Virus record (IMG/VR): IMGVR_UViG_2791355405_000002
Location: 28,744 to 92,743 of that record
DNA from: a virus
Lineage: Duplodnaviria; Caudoviricetes
DNA: 64,000 nt
Reading direction: 5' to 3' (one strand)
In this document: piece by piece, positions 44,231-52,424 of the stretch
Position numbering within the stretch: position 1 is the first letter of the stretch
Layout: each line of letters starts with the position of its first letter
Position numbers and translations under genes: made by a program
The notes under the pieces: generated by a model
The model's input: the letters and a program-made list of their open reading frames with translations, nothing else
What the model was told of the DNA's origin: nothing
Databases searched by the model: none

Positions 44231-45043
44231 TCACGGCGTGAGGCGGCCGATCTTCGCGGCGATGGAGGCCACCTGCCGGGCCAGCTCCAGGCCGCGCTCC
44301 CGGTCGGCGGCCAGAGCGTCGGTGACGACCGTGCCGCGCAGGGCCTTGTGCGCGACGCGCAGCGCGGCCAGGCCCTGCTCCAGCCGGACGATGGCACGGG
44401 CCTGCTCGGGCGTGTGCTCCGTCGGCGGGTCGGTCGGTTCGTCCTCGGGCTCGCCGTCCGACTGGCTGGGGATGTAGCGCAGGCGCAAGGCCGCCGCCTT
44501 GAGCGTGGCCGCCGTGACCTTCGGCCCGGCCTGCTTCGCCGCGACGACGACCTCCCGCACGGCCTCCTCGCCGTGGGCGTCCAGGACCGGGCCGAGCATG
44601 CGGGCCTGTGACTCCACCGGCGGCGTGTCGAAAATTTTAGACATGACGAGCATGGCCGGGGCCGCGTCGATGAGCTGATAGGCCCGGCTACGGTCCATAT
44701 CCCACCGGCCGGCGATGTACTCGTCGAACGTCTCGTGGGACAGCTTGAACAGCCCCTCGTCGCGGATTGCGCGCAGAGCCGTCCCCGCCTCCACGACGAA
44801 CCGCGCACGCGCTGCCTTCAGCGACCGGCCAGCGGTCTCCTGAGCCTGGTCGATGGCCTGCTCGAACGCGGCCAGGCGTTCCTCGGCCGTGCCGGTGACG
44901 GCGGCCGGGTCGAGCGGCTTCGGGGCGAATGGGTCATCCCGCTCCACGGGCAGCAGGGGATTGATCGCGTCGTCATCTTCGGCTTTCGCCCGGTCACCCA
45001 GAAGCAGGCTGGTTCGGCTGACACGCTGAGCGGTAGGGCTCAC
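44231..45043 (-). CDS. Putative ParA partner / centromere-binding protein
   Basis: Coupled downstream of parA; L..IRD..L....ETFDEY...RW.M.RSRAYQLI HTH-like motif. Confidence 0.7.
   Translation of the reverse strand: MSPTAQRVSRTSLLLGDRAKAEDDDAINPLLPVERDDPFAPKPLDPAAVTGTAEERLAAFEQAIDQAQETAGRSLKAARARFVVEAGTALRAIRDEGLFKLSHETFDEYIAGRWDMDRSRAYQLIDAAPAMLVMSKIFDTPPVESQARMLGPVLDAHGEEAVREVVVAAKQAGPKVTAATLKAAALRLRYIPSQSDGEPEDEPTDPPTEHTPEQARAIVRLEQGLAALRVAHKALRGTVVTDALAADRERGLELARQVASIAAKIGRLTP
44623..44645. promoter_or_regulatory. parS-like palindrome, copy 2
   Basis: Identical 23-mer inside the ParA-partner gene. Confidence 0.6.
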
Positions 45044-45711
45044 CGGGTCACCTCCCGCAGGAGTTCGTCACCGAGCCGGGCCATGGGGCTGCCAGGCCGC
45101 ACGTCTGGCTTGGTACCGAAGGATTGGGCGTAGCTGCCTCGGCCGTCCTTGCGGGGGATCGTGGTGGTCAGTACCTGGAAGTTGTCGGCCACCAGGTCGT
45201 CCCGGGTCTCTTTGGTCGATGCCGTGTTGGGGTTCGGGTTGACCAGGGTGAGCAGGAACACCGTGCGCGGCGGGGTGAGGCCGAAGTCCCGCATCTGCTT
45301 GTACGCCCGCAGTACAGAACCTGCGCGCTCCATCTCCATCGGCGTCGGCGGCAGGGCGAATACGCACAGATCGATGTTGGCCAGGACAGCGAAGTGGGTG
45401 TTACCGCTGCGGCGGTCCCACGCCCCGGTGTCGATGAGGCAGAGTCCGTGTGGCGGGGTCAGCCGCCGTGCCTCCTCGCCGATCCTCGGTGCGGCCGGAG
45501 CGCGGTAGACCGGTGCGCCGATGTCCACCTTTTCGCTCCAGGTTAGAAGGCTCCCCTTCTCCTTCTCGCCGGGCTCGTCGGCGTCCTGGCCAATGGCCGG
45601 TACGCCGATGGACGCGTAGTAGGCGAGCACGTGCGCCCACGCTGTGGACTTGCCGCTGCCGCCCTTGCCGATGATGCCGATGCGCTTGCCCTCGGCCGGT
45701 AGTCGCGCCAT
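45040..45711 (-). CDS. parA: ParA family partition ATPase
   Basis: Deviant Walker A GKGGSGKST, QDAD, LIDTG. Confidence 0.88.
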   Translation of the reverse strand: MARLPAEGKRIGIIGKGGSGKSTAWAHVLAYYASIGVPAIGQDADEPGEKEKGSLLTWSEKVDIGAPVYRAPAAPRIGEEARRLTPPHGLCLIDTGAWDRRSGNTHFAVLANIDLCVFALPPTPMEMERAGSVLRAYKQMRDFGLTPPRTVFLLTLVNPNPNTASTKETRDDLVADNFQVLTTTIPRKDGRGSYAQSFGTKPDVRPGSPMARLGDELLREVTR

Positions 45712-45795
45712 GCCGTATCTCCCTGTTCCTCGGTCGGTGGTCCGAGCCAGAGCGTAGCGACCGCCGGCCGGGCTGTGCCCGAAGGGTCGCGGGTA

Positions 45796-45871
45796 TTGCC
45801 CCGACCGGGGACCTATGATTTAATTAAGTCATCCCCGGCTGATCGGGGTCTGACCAAGGAATCGAGGAGCC
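45796..45871 (+). promoter_or_regulatory. Promoter/operator plus leader cassette
   Basis: TTGCC..TATGATTTAATTAAGTCA..GACCAAGGAATCGAGGAG. Confidence 0.75.
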
Positions 45872-46144
45872 ATGCGGACCACGTGGGCGAGCTGGACCCC
45901 AGGCGACATGCAGGAAGCCGCCGAGCTGGAGGGCTGGGTGGGCCTGACCGCGTTGAAGGTCCCCGAGCAGAAGTTGGTGGAGACGTTGCCGTACTACGGC
46001 GGACTCACGGACTACCAGGCCCACGTCACCGCCTGCGCCGACTGCCGCCGCGACGACCGTCCGGACTGCGCCGAGGGCGAGATGCTGCTGACCGTCTCCC
46101 GCATCGGCGTGGAGGAGCAGCACCGCCTCGCCGCATCCAACTGA
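45872..46144 (+). CDS. Hypothetical protein
   Basis: H..CADC..C motif; leader upstream. Confidence 0.65.
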   Translation: MRTTWASWTPGDMQEAAELEGWVGLTALKVPEQKLVETLPYYGGLTDYQAHVTACADCRRDDRPDCAEGEMLLTVSRIGVEEQHRLAASN

Positions 46145-46177
46145 CCGCACCGCCCCGGGGCCGTTCGGCCCCAACCC

Positions 46178-46248
46178 GCTCCCGTGGGATAACGGATGTC
46201 CGTCGGGCCCTCAACCCGGAAGTGCCGGATCGTGACCGGCCGGGAGCA
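46178..46248 (+). tRNA. Atypical tRNA-Glu(CTC)-like gene
   Basis: All four stems pair (GCTCCCG/CGGGAGC, GGAT/GTCC, TCGGG/CCCGG, GCCGG/CCGGC); loop CC-CTC-AA has C33; T loop is ATCGTGA. Confidence 0.65.
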
Positions 46249-46291
46249 CGCCACCCCTCACCCGCATCGCTGACCAAGGAAAGCAGGGCAC

Positions 46292-46732
46292 ATGGACGCA
46301 CTCACGACACCTGGCAACGTCCGGGAGACCGCGTTGAGGATCACCCCGGCGGACGGCAAGCTGCTCATGACCGTGGTGGGCCCCTTCGCCGGTGGACACA
46401 GCGGCGTGCTGCTGTCGCCCGACTGGGTGCTCCCGCTCGCGGCGTGGTTCGCCGGCGAGGCGCAGCCGGTCGCTCTCGGGGACAGGCCGGGGACGCTGTA
46501 CAGCCGCCGCCTGGACGTGTCCGGCGATGAGTACTCCGTCGTCTGGAACACGCACACATGGGCCCGCCTGGACTGCCTGCTGCCGTTCGGTACCGCCCGC
46601 GTGCAGACCGGCCCACGCGGCAAGGCGTACGGCTCCACGGTGATGCTCTCGCCCGAGGCGCGGCAGGACGTCGCCGCGTGGCTGCGCCGGGCCGACGCCG
46701 AGGGCTGGACGCGGCGCGAACTGACGGCCTGA
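46292..46732 (+). CDS. Hypothetical protein
   Basis: Leader motif upstream. Confidence 0.65.
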   Translation: MDALTTPGNVRETALRITPADGKLLMTVVGPFAGGHSGVLLSPDWVLPLAAWFAGEAQPVALGDRPGTLYSRRLDVSGDEYSVVWNTHTWARLDCLLPFGTARVQTGPRGKAYGSTVMLSPEARQDVAAWLRRADAEGWTRRELTA

Positions 46733-46881
46733 GCTGGCCGTTCGGCGATCGCAGTACTCACTGGCACACTCCGTGCCCACGCCGTGGCTCACCCCCTGCC
46801 GGGTCACGGCCCTGGTGCCCCGTCCACCCCATGGGCGGGGCACCCGCAACTGGACCAAGGAACAAGGGGAGGCGGCCCGCC

Positions 46882-47394
46882 ATGGGCATAGATCACTCCG
46901 AGACGTACACGCCCCGGCAACCTGCTGGCGGACTCCTTCAGGACCCCGTCGCGGCCCTGCGCCGTATCGAGAAGCTGGAGACCGAGCGGCGCCGCGTGCG
47001 GCGCTCCCGGGACCGGTGCCGCGAGGGCTCGGACTACGCCCGAGAGCTGGACCAGCAACTCGTGGAGCTGGAGGAGCGGATAGAGCACTGGGGCAAGCTG
47101 CTCGCCCGCGCCGAGGCCGAGGGCTTCAAGGTCTGGACCCCTGCGGACTTCGCCAAGGGCGACTTCGTCCGGTACAGGGGCACGTGGTACGAGGTGCTGC
47201 GGGTCAACGCCAAGAGCCTGACCATCCCGCACGCTCCCGCTGTGGGACGGGACGTCGTTCTCGGGGGCGACGGCGGCCGGCTGGGCGGCGGGACGTGGAC
47301 GGCGCCGTACAGCGACGGCGTGACAGGACGGATGGGCCCCGAGGAGATGCACGCGTATCTGGCCGCCCGGGACGGCGGAGAGAACCGAGAGTGA
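46882..47394 (+). CDS. Hypothetical protein resembling the C-terminus of DUF3560-type proteins
   Basis: LRRIEKLE..W...DF.KGDFVRYRGTWYEVLRVNAKS. Confidence 0.6.
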   Translation: MGIDHSETYTPRQPAGGLLQDPVAALRRIEKLETERRRVRRSRDRCREGSDYARELDQQLVELEERIEHWGKLLARAEAEGFKVWTPADFAKGDFVRYRGTWYEVLRVNAKSLTIPHAPAVGRDVVLGGDGGRLGGGTWTAPYSDGVTGRMGPEEMHAYLAARDGGENRE

Positions 47395-47714
47395 AAGCGC
47401 TCCCCAGAGCTTAGGTGAGCTTTATACCGGGTGACTGACCGGTATAGCGAGGGCCCTTCTCCGAACGCCCGGAGTGGGGCCCTCCGCGTTGCCCGCCGCA
47501 ACTCCGTTGTGAATATGCCGAGTTGGTACGTAGGCTCGCCAATCGTGGACGATTGGTGAAAGCGACCGCTCCTGAGCTGGGGTAACTCACAATCGGAAAC
47601 GTGTCTCTTACTTAGAGCGAGGATCGTATTTATGCACGTGTGCGCCGTTCCAAACGTCGGTGCACACAGCAATGATGCGGTCTGAAGGTGTCACTGCGTC
47701 CGAGGAGTCGATAA

Positions 47715-48116
47715 GTGATACAGCGACAGGGCAGCGGCTACGCTGCTTCTGAGGTTCGTTGGCAAGACGACGCACTGTGCAACGGTCTCCCGTTGGAAGC
47801 GTTCGTCCCCGACAAGGAGGACGAAGCGGGTCTGGAAGAGGCCCGTACGCACTGCAACCCGTGCTCCGTTCGAGGGACATGCCTGCGGTACGCGCTTACC
47901 TACGGGCTGCGCGGGTATTGGGGCGGGACCGACACGGCAGAGCGTCGGCGTCTCAAGGCGAAGAAGGACAGAGCCAAGTGCCCGAGCTGCTTGTCAGCTC
48001 GTGTCGTCGACATGGAGAACTGCGACGACGCGCTGTGCCTGGCCTGCGGTCTGTCATGGCTGAGGGAGTCGGCCGCGCAGCCGCGTACCCGTACCACGGT
48101 GCGCGCCATAGCCTGA
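47715..48116 (+). CDS. whiB: WhiB family transcriptional regulator with extra C-terminal zinc ribbon
   Basis: W...ALC, C..C.V...C...AL, GYWGG...ERR; then CPSC..CLAC. Confidence 0.88.
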   Translation: MIQRQGSGYAASEVRWQDDALCNGLPLEAFVPDKEDEAGLEEARTHCNPCSVRGTCLRYALTYGLRGYWGGTDTAERRRLKAKKDRAKCPSCLSARVVDMENCDDALCLACGLSWLRESAAQPRTRTTVRAIA

Positions 48117-48150
48117 CGGCCCTCCCCGATGTCAGCGGGGAGGGCCGTCA
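48114..48150. terminator. Terminator hairpin
   Basis: TGACGGCCCTCCCCG...CGGGGAGGGCCGTCA. Confidence 0.75.
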
Positions 48151-48240
48151 GTAAGGAACAACGTAGCGGCCGGGACGCCCCTCAGTGAGAGGCGTCCCGG
48201 CCCTCTTTGGTTCAGATATTGCTCTCCCTGACGGGCTGTA

Positions 48241-49335
48241 TCACGCTGCGCACGCCTTGTGCCCGTTCTGCACCTCGCGCGCCCTCTCCCACGCCTCCCA
48301 CCACCGCCACACGTTGTCGGACAGCCGCAGGCCCTCGGCCACGGCCCGGCCCGCCTCCGCCCGCTCCGCGCGCAGGGACGGTGAGTCAACCAGGCGCTTC
48401 ATCTCGCGGTACCAGCGCCGGGGGCTGTCGGCGAGAGCGCCCGCGACACCGGCGCCGAGCTTGTGCAGCCGGACGTACTCCTCACGGGGCGAGGCCACCC
48501 ATGGGACCCCGAGCGCGCTCATCTCCAGCGGCTTGAGCCACGACTTGGCCCGGTTGAACGCGGTGTCCGCCAGTGGCGCGATCCCTACGCCGACGTCCCC
48601 CGCCACGGCCGCCGGCCAGCCGGCCACGTCCACCCCGGTACGCCCCTGCGGGTCACGGAAGAGCCCGAACGCCCGCCCCACGCCGGTCGGATCCCCGACG
48701 ACACGGAAGTCCGCACCCTCGGAGACCAGGCGTGCGACGGCGCCGCCGAGCACCGCTGGGTCGTCCGGGTGTGACGCGAGCGCGGCAGGCCAGCCGATGA
48801 CGTCCCGGTCCACGCGCGGGACGTCGTAGTAGGTGTCGGGCAGGTGGTTGTAGAGGACGTGGCCGCGCCCGTGCCGGGCGTAGCGCTCCAGCAGCGCCGG
48901 CGTGGACACTGTCACCAGCGTGGCGTCCCGGCACGCGGCGGCGAGGTGCTGCCAGGAGTGCCGGTGGACCGTACCGCCCCGGCCCGTCTTGCCGGCGCCG
49001 CGCGGGTGCATCGACTCGTAGGCCGGGTTACGCGGGTGGACGGTGGACAGGTCGTCGTCCACGTCCACGACGACGGCTATGCCCTTGGCCCGCAGCAGCG
49101 GCACGGCCTCGGCCATCCACTGGTGGGTGAGGCGCTGGAAGACGAAAACGTCCACGCCGTCCACGTCCAGGACGTCCTCCACGTGGTCGTCGGCGCCGAT
49201 CTGAAGCCGCAGTCCCCGGTTGGCGGGCGGCCGGATCTCCACGTCGTGCCCGGCCGCCGCGAGCAGCTCCGCAGCCCAGATGATCCGGAAGTATCCACAC
49301 CCGCCGGTGTCGGCCGGGTAGGTGACGACTCGCAC
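48241..49335 (-). CDS. GT-B fold glycosyltransferase
   Basis: GCGYFRI, VDVDDD, VTVSTPAL, IAPL..FNRAKSWLK.LE.SALGVP. Confidence 0.82.
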   Translation of the reverse strand: MRVVTYPADTGGCGYFRIIWAAELLAAAGHDVEIRPPANRGLRLQIGADDHVEDVLDVDGVDVFVFQRLTHQWMAEAVPLLRAKGIAVVVDVDDDLSTVHPRNPAYESMHPRGAGKTGRGGTVHRHSWQHLAAACRDATLVTVSTPALLERYARHGRGHVLYNHLPDTYYDVPRVDRDVIGWPAALASHPDDPAVLGGAVARLVSEGADFRVVGDPTGVGRAFGLFRDPQGRTGVDVAGWPAAVAGDVGVGIAPLADTAFNRAKSWLKPLEMSALGVPWVASPREEYVRLHKLGAGVAGALADSPRRWYREMKRLVDSPSLRAERAEAGRAVAEGLRLSDNVWRWWEAWERAREVQNGHKACAA

Positions 49336-49368
49336 TCCCTGGTCTCCGTTCCCTGGTCGCCCGCCGGC

Positions 49369-49596
49369 CTAGCGGCCGGCCGTAGCGGCTTCGCCGGCCT
49401 TACCCTCCGACGGCCCTCTGCCCCTGGCTGTACGGCCCGCAGACGGCCGCTTCGGCGGCTCGGCAGGCGACGGACCGCCGGACTCCTCCACGGCCCGCAG
49501 ACGGCTCTCCAGCTCCTCCACACGGTCCTTCAGCGGCGCGACGGCCTGCTCCACCGCGTCGTCGATGACCGCGCGCATCCTCGCGTCCTGGGACAT
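49369..49596 (-). CDS. Small coiled-coil protein
   Basis: Directly downstream of the endolysin. Confidence 0.55.
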   Translation of the reverse strand: MSQDARMRAVIDDAVEQAVAPLKDRVEELESRLRAVEESGGPSPAEPPKRPSAGRTARGRGPSEGKAGEAATAGR

Positions 49597-49598
49597 CC

Positions 49599-50570
49599 TC
49601 ACGCCCCCAGCTTGGACTTGATCGCGTCCACGGCCTGCTTCAGCTCGGTGATCTGCTCGCCGTTGGAGCGAACCTGCGCCCGCACCTCGCGCACCGCCGT
49701 GGTGGTGGACTGCACGTGCGTGGCGAACGTCCAGTGCTTGTTCGTCGCGTAGTCCGAGGAGTCGGCGGGAGCGGTGAGGATCTCGTCCGTGGTGAAGAAC
49801 CGCCGGATGTCACCACCCTCCAGCGCACCGCCGCCGGCGAGCAGCTTGGCCACCACCCGGTCGGCGATCTTGTCTATGTCCGTGCTGCTCAGTGCCATGT
49901 CCTCGTCCTCTCCGGGGCCCCAGCCGGGCTCGTGGCGCAGACGCTCGGCGACGTCCGCGCGGAACTGCTTCGGGGTGTACTCGAACCGGCCGCGCGAGCC
50001 GTAGCCCTCCACCGGGCCGCGCGGGTCGACTTTGCCCTCTACGCTCGTCTCCTTGTGGCAGGCGACCGACTCGGCCGACCAGCCGTAGTGACGGCAGACG
50101 GCGGCGTTGATGCGCACCCACGCGTCGTACTGAACGCGCGGGTAGACGTCCGTTCCGTTGCCCAGGTTCTCCGTCTCGACGCCGTAGGAGACGTCGTTGC
50201 CGTCGATGGTGCCCGAGGCGCGGGACGGCGCCGGGTGCGTGGACGACTCGTCGCGGAACGACTGGTAGGCGTTGACGCCCATCGGCCCGGCGTGGTTCGC
50301 GCGGCCCGCGCTGCACATCGTGGCCAGACCCGACTTCGCGAGGTGGATGTGAGCGAGCGGCGCGGGCAGCCCGGGGACGCCGTTCTTGGCGACGATGTCC
50401 CGGCTGTTCGAGCCGGCGGTGTGGTGGTTGAGGATCATCCGCACCGGGCCGAAGGTCAGGCCCGTAGCCGCGTCGCGCGAGCGGGTGCGCCAGCCCGGGT
50501 ATTCGGAGACCTTCACGCCCTCCTCGCGGAGGATGCGTATGAACGTGTCAGGTGTCATCGGCGACGCCAC
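49599..50570 (-). CDS. Endolysin, N-acetylmuramoyl-L-alanine amidase
   Basis: HHTAG, GRANHAG, GVETEN, HKE..GKVDP. Confidence 0.9.
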   Translation of the reverse strand: MASPMTPDTFIRILREEGVKVSEYPGWRTRSRDAATGLTFGPVRMILNHHTAGSNSRDIVAKNGVPGLPAPLAHIHLAKSGLATMCSAGRANHAGPMGVNAYQSFRDESSTHPAPSRASGTIDGNDVSYGVETENLGNGTDVYPRVQYDAWVRINAAVCRHYGWSAESVACHKETSVEGKVDPRGPVEGYGSRGRFEYTPKQFRADVAERLRHEPGWGPGEDEDMALSSTDIDKIADRVVAKLLAGGGALEGGDIRRFFTTDEILTAPADSSDYATNKHWTFATHVQSTTTAVREVRAQVRSNGEQITELKQAVDAIKSKLGA

Positions 50571-50868
50571 GGCGCGCTCCCTTGATCTGCGTGTGGCCCA
50601 CGAGCCACGCCTGATAGATCATCAGCGCCCCGAACAGGGCCGCGAGGATGCCGCGCACGAAGCGCAGCACCGCGACGTCGGCTCCGAGCGCGGTGACGCA
50701 GATGGAGATGGCCATGAAGGCGGCGATGGCAAGAGCCTTGATGACGAGCAGCCGGCCGACCGGGTCCCGCCACCACCGGGCGAGCAGGCTGTAGACGGCG
50801 ACGAAGGAGAGGCAGCCGACCAGAGCGATCGCACTGCCCCACAGGTTCACCGTCTCCCCTGACGTCAT
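50548..50868 (-). CDS. Putative holin
   Basis: Three hydrophobic helices, adjacent to the endolysin. Confidence 0.7.
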   Translation of the reverse strand: MTSGETVNLWGSAIALVGCLSFVAVYSLLARWWRDPVGRLLVIKALAIAAFMAISICVTALGADVAVLRFVRGILAALFGALMIYQAWLVGHTQIKGARRGVADDT

Positions 50869-51095
50869 CGGAACTTGCCCCCAAGTGCGTCCTTGATCAA
50901 CGGGGCGAAGTGGTTGCGCTCGCCCAGCCGCCGCAGGGTACGTGAAATCTCCGAAATCACCGCCGTACGGGCACGGGCCTGGGCAAGATCCCGCTCCAGC
51001 GATTGCAGCGCCTCCTGGACGGCCTGTACCTCGTCGGCTGCCTGCTCGTGGGCCGTCTCACCCTTCCTGCGCCTGATCCAGGGCACGGCCGCCAC
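50865..51095 (-). CDS. Lysis-cassette hypothetical protein
   Basis: ERNHFAPLI motif typical of actinophage lysis regions. Confidence 0.65.
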   Translation of the reverse strand: MAAVPWIRRRKGETAHEQAADEVQAVQEALQSLERDLAQARARTAVISEISRTLRRLGERNHFAPLIKDALGGKFR

Positions 51096-51378
51096 CTCCC
51101 CGGTTGAGCCGGGCCGCTTCGCCGACGGCGTCCAGAACGCGGTTGGTGGTCTGTGCGGTGCCCATCAGCATGTCGAGTTGGGCCTGCTGAATGTCGATCA
51201 TCTCCTGGCGGCCGTCGGCGAGGGCCTGCAACATCTCTATCTGCCGGTCCTTCGCCTGCACCACCATGTCGACAGTGGGCCGGGGTACGAGCGCGCCGCG
51301 CAGCACCATGAGCACGACGAGGATGATGACGCCCCCGGCGCCGAGGGTAGGGGTGAGGAACGCGGTGAAGCCGTCCAT
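51058..51378 (-). CDS. Membrane protein of the lysis cassette
   Basis: N-terminal transmembrane helix, RGALVPR, coiled coil. Confidence 0.7.
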   Translation of the reverse strand: MDGFTAFLTPTLGAGGVIILVVLMVLRGALVPRPTVDMVVQAKDRQIEMLQALADGRQEMIDIQQAQLDMLMGTAQTTNRVLDAVGEAARLNRGGGGRALDQAQEG

Positions 51379-51384
51379 GGCGCC

Positions 51385-51864
51385 CTACAGTCCGCTCAGC
51401 CAGGAGAAGTCGGCGGCCTGGACGGCGCTGCACGCGGCGGCTATGTCGTCGTCCGTCAGGGAGCCCTCGTCCACCAGGGTGCGCACCAGCCCGACGAGCA
51501 TCACGTCCTGGCTGAAGAGCAGAGCGCGCTGGGCGGCGGGCAGGGCGGGAACGTTGACGCCCAGCTTGCCGAGCAGCTCCCGGTGGGTGGTCCAGAACAG
51601 GGCGAGGACGGACTTGACGGCGTCGCTGGACCCGGCGCGGGCGAACACGGCGCGGCTGCCGCTCTCGTCGTCACCCATGTAGGTCCACGAGCCGACGGGG
51701 CTCAGCCCCAGCGCGGCCAGCTTCGTGGCTGCCTCGGTCTCGGCCGCCGCGCGGCTGGAGGCCGTCAGCGGCCGGGCGCGGACCTCGGAACGGTCGCCGG
51801 AGGCGTACCAGGCGTCCGTGTCGTGCTCGTAGTAGACCCGGACGGTGACGTATCCAGCGGGCAC
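51385..51864 (-). CDS. Hypothetical protein
   Basis: GTG at 51864 after AGGAGG. Confidence 0.6.
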   Translation of the reverse strand: MPAGYVTVRVYYEHDTDAWYASGDRSEVRARPLTASSRAAAETEAATKLAALGLSPVGSWTYMGDDESGSRAVFARAGSSDAVKSVLALFWTTHRELLGKLGVNVPALPAAQRALLFSQDVMLVGLVRTLVDEGSLTDDDIAAACSAVQAADFSWLSGL

Positions 51865-51872
51865 GGCGCCTC

Positions 51873-52409
51873 CTAGAGCGGCAGGACGGTGATACGACGA
51901 GAGGTGAAGCTGCCCGTTCCGCCGGCCACGCGGTACTTCGCGGTGAACGTGTTGCTGCCCGCCGTCAGGTCGTTGTGGAAGAGCACGTTCGCGGCGACGA
52001 TGCCCACGCCGGCCACCCCGAACGTGGCCACGCCCCGGTTGTCCGCCGGGGCGATGGCTGACGCCCCGCTCACCTCGTACGCCATGCGCGCGGACACGTT
52101 CGCTGTGTTGCTTATCGAGGCGGAGATGATGACCACGGCGCAGTTGCTGGTGGCCACGGTGAGGGACGGGCCGGTGGTGGTGTCCAGGTCGGTGTAGGAC
52201 GTGGACGTCGTGCTGTCGTTGGTGAGCTGAGTAGCGATCGCACCGGAGCGCTCGGCGATCTGGTTCGTGGCCGTGGTGACGAAGTAGCCGCCGGGCGTGG
52301 TCGCCTTGGCGGGCGCGGTCTCGGCGAGGTTGTCGCGGACGAACTGGTTGAACTGGGCCGCCGTGAAGACGGAGCCCGCGATGGCGGTCATGGGTGCTGT
52401 CCATGCCAT
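51873..52409 (-). CDS. Minor tail protein, paralogue 2
   Basis: MAWTAPMTA..FTAAQFNQFVRDNL. Confidence 0.75.
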   Translation of the reverse strand: MAWTAPMTAIAGSVFTAAQFNQFVRDNLAETAPAKATTPGGYFVTTATNQIAERSGAIATQLTNDSTTSTSYTDLDTTTGPSLTVATSNCAVVIISASISNTANVSARMAYEVSGASAIAPADNRGVATFGVAGVGIVAANVLFHNDLTAGSNTFTAKYRVAGGTGSFTSRRITVLPL

Positions 52410-52424
52410 GGCCAGTCTCCTCCC

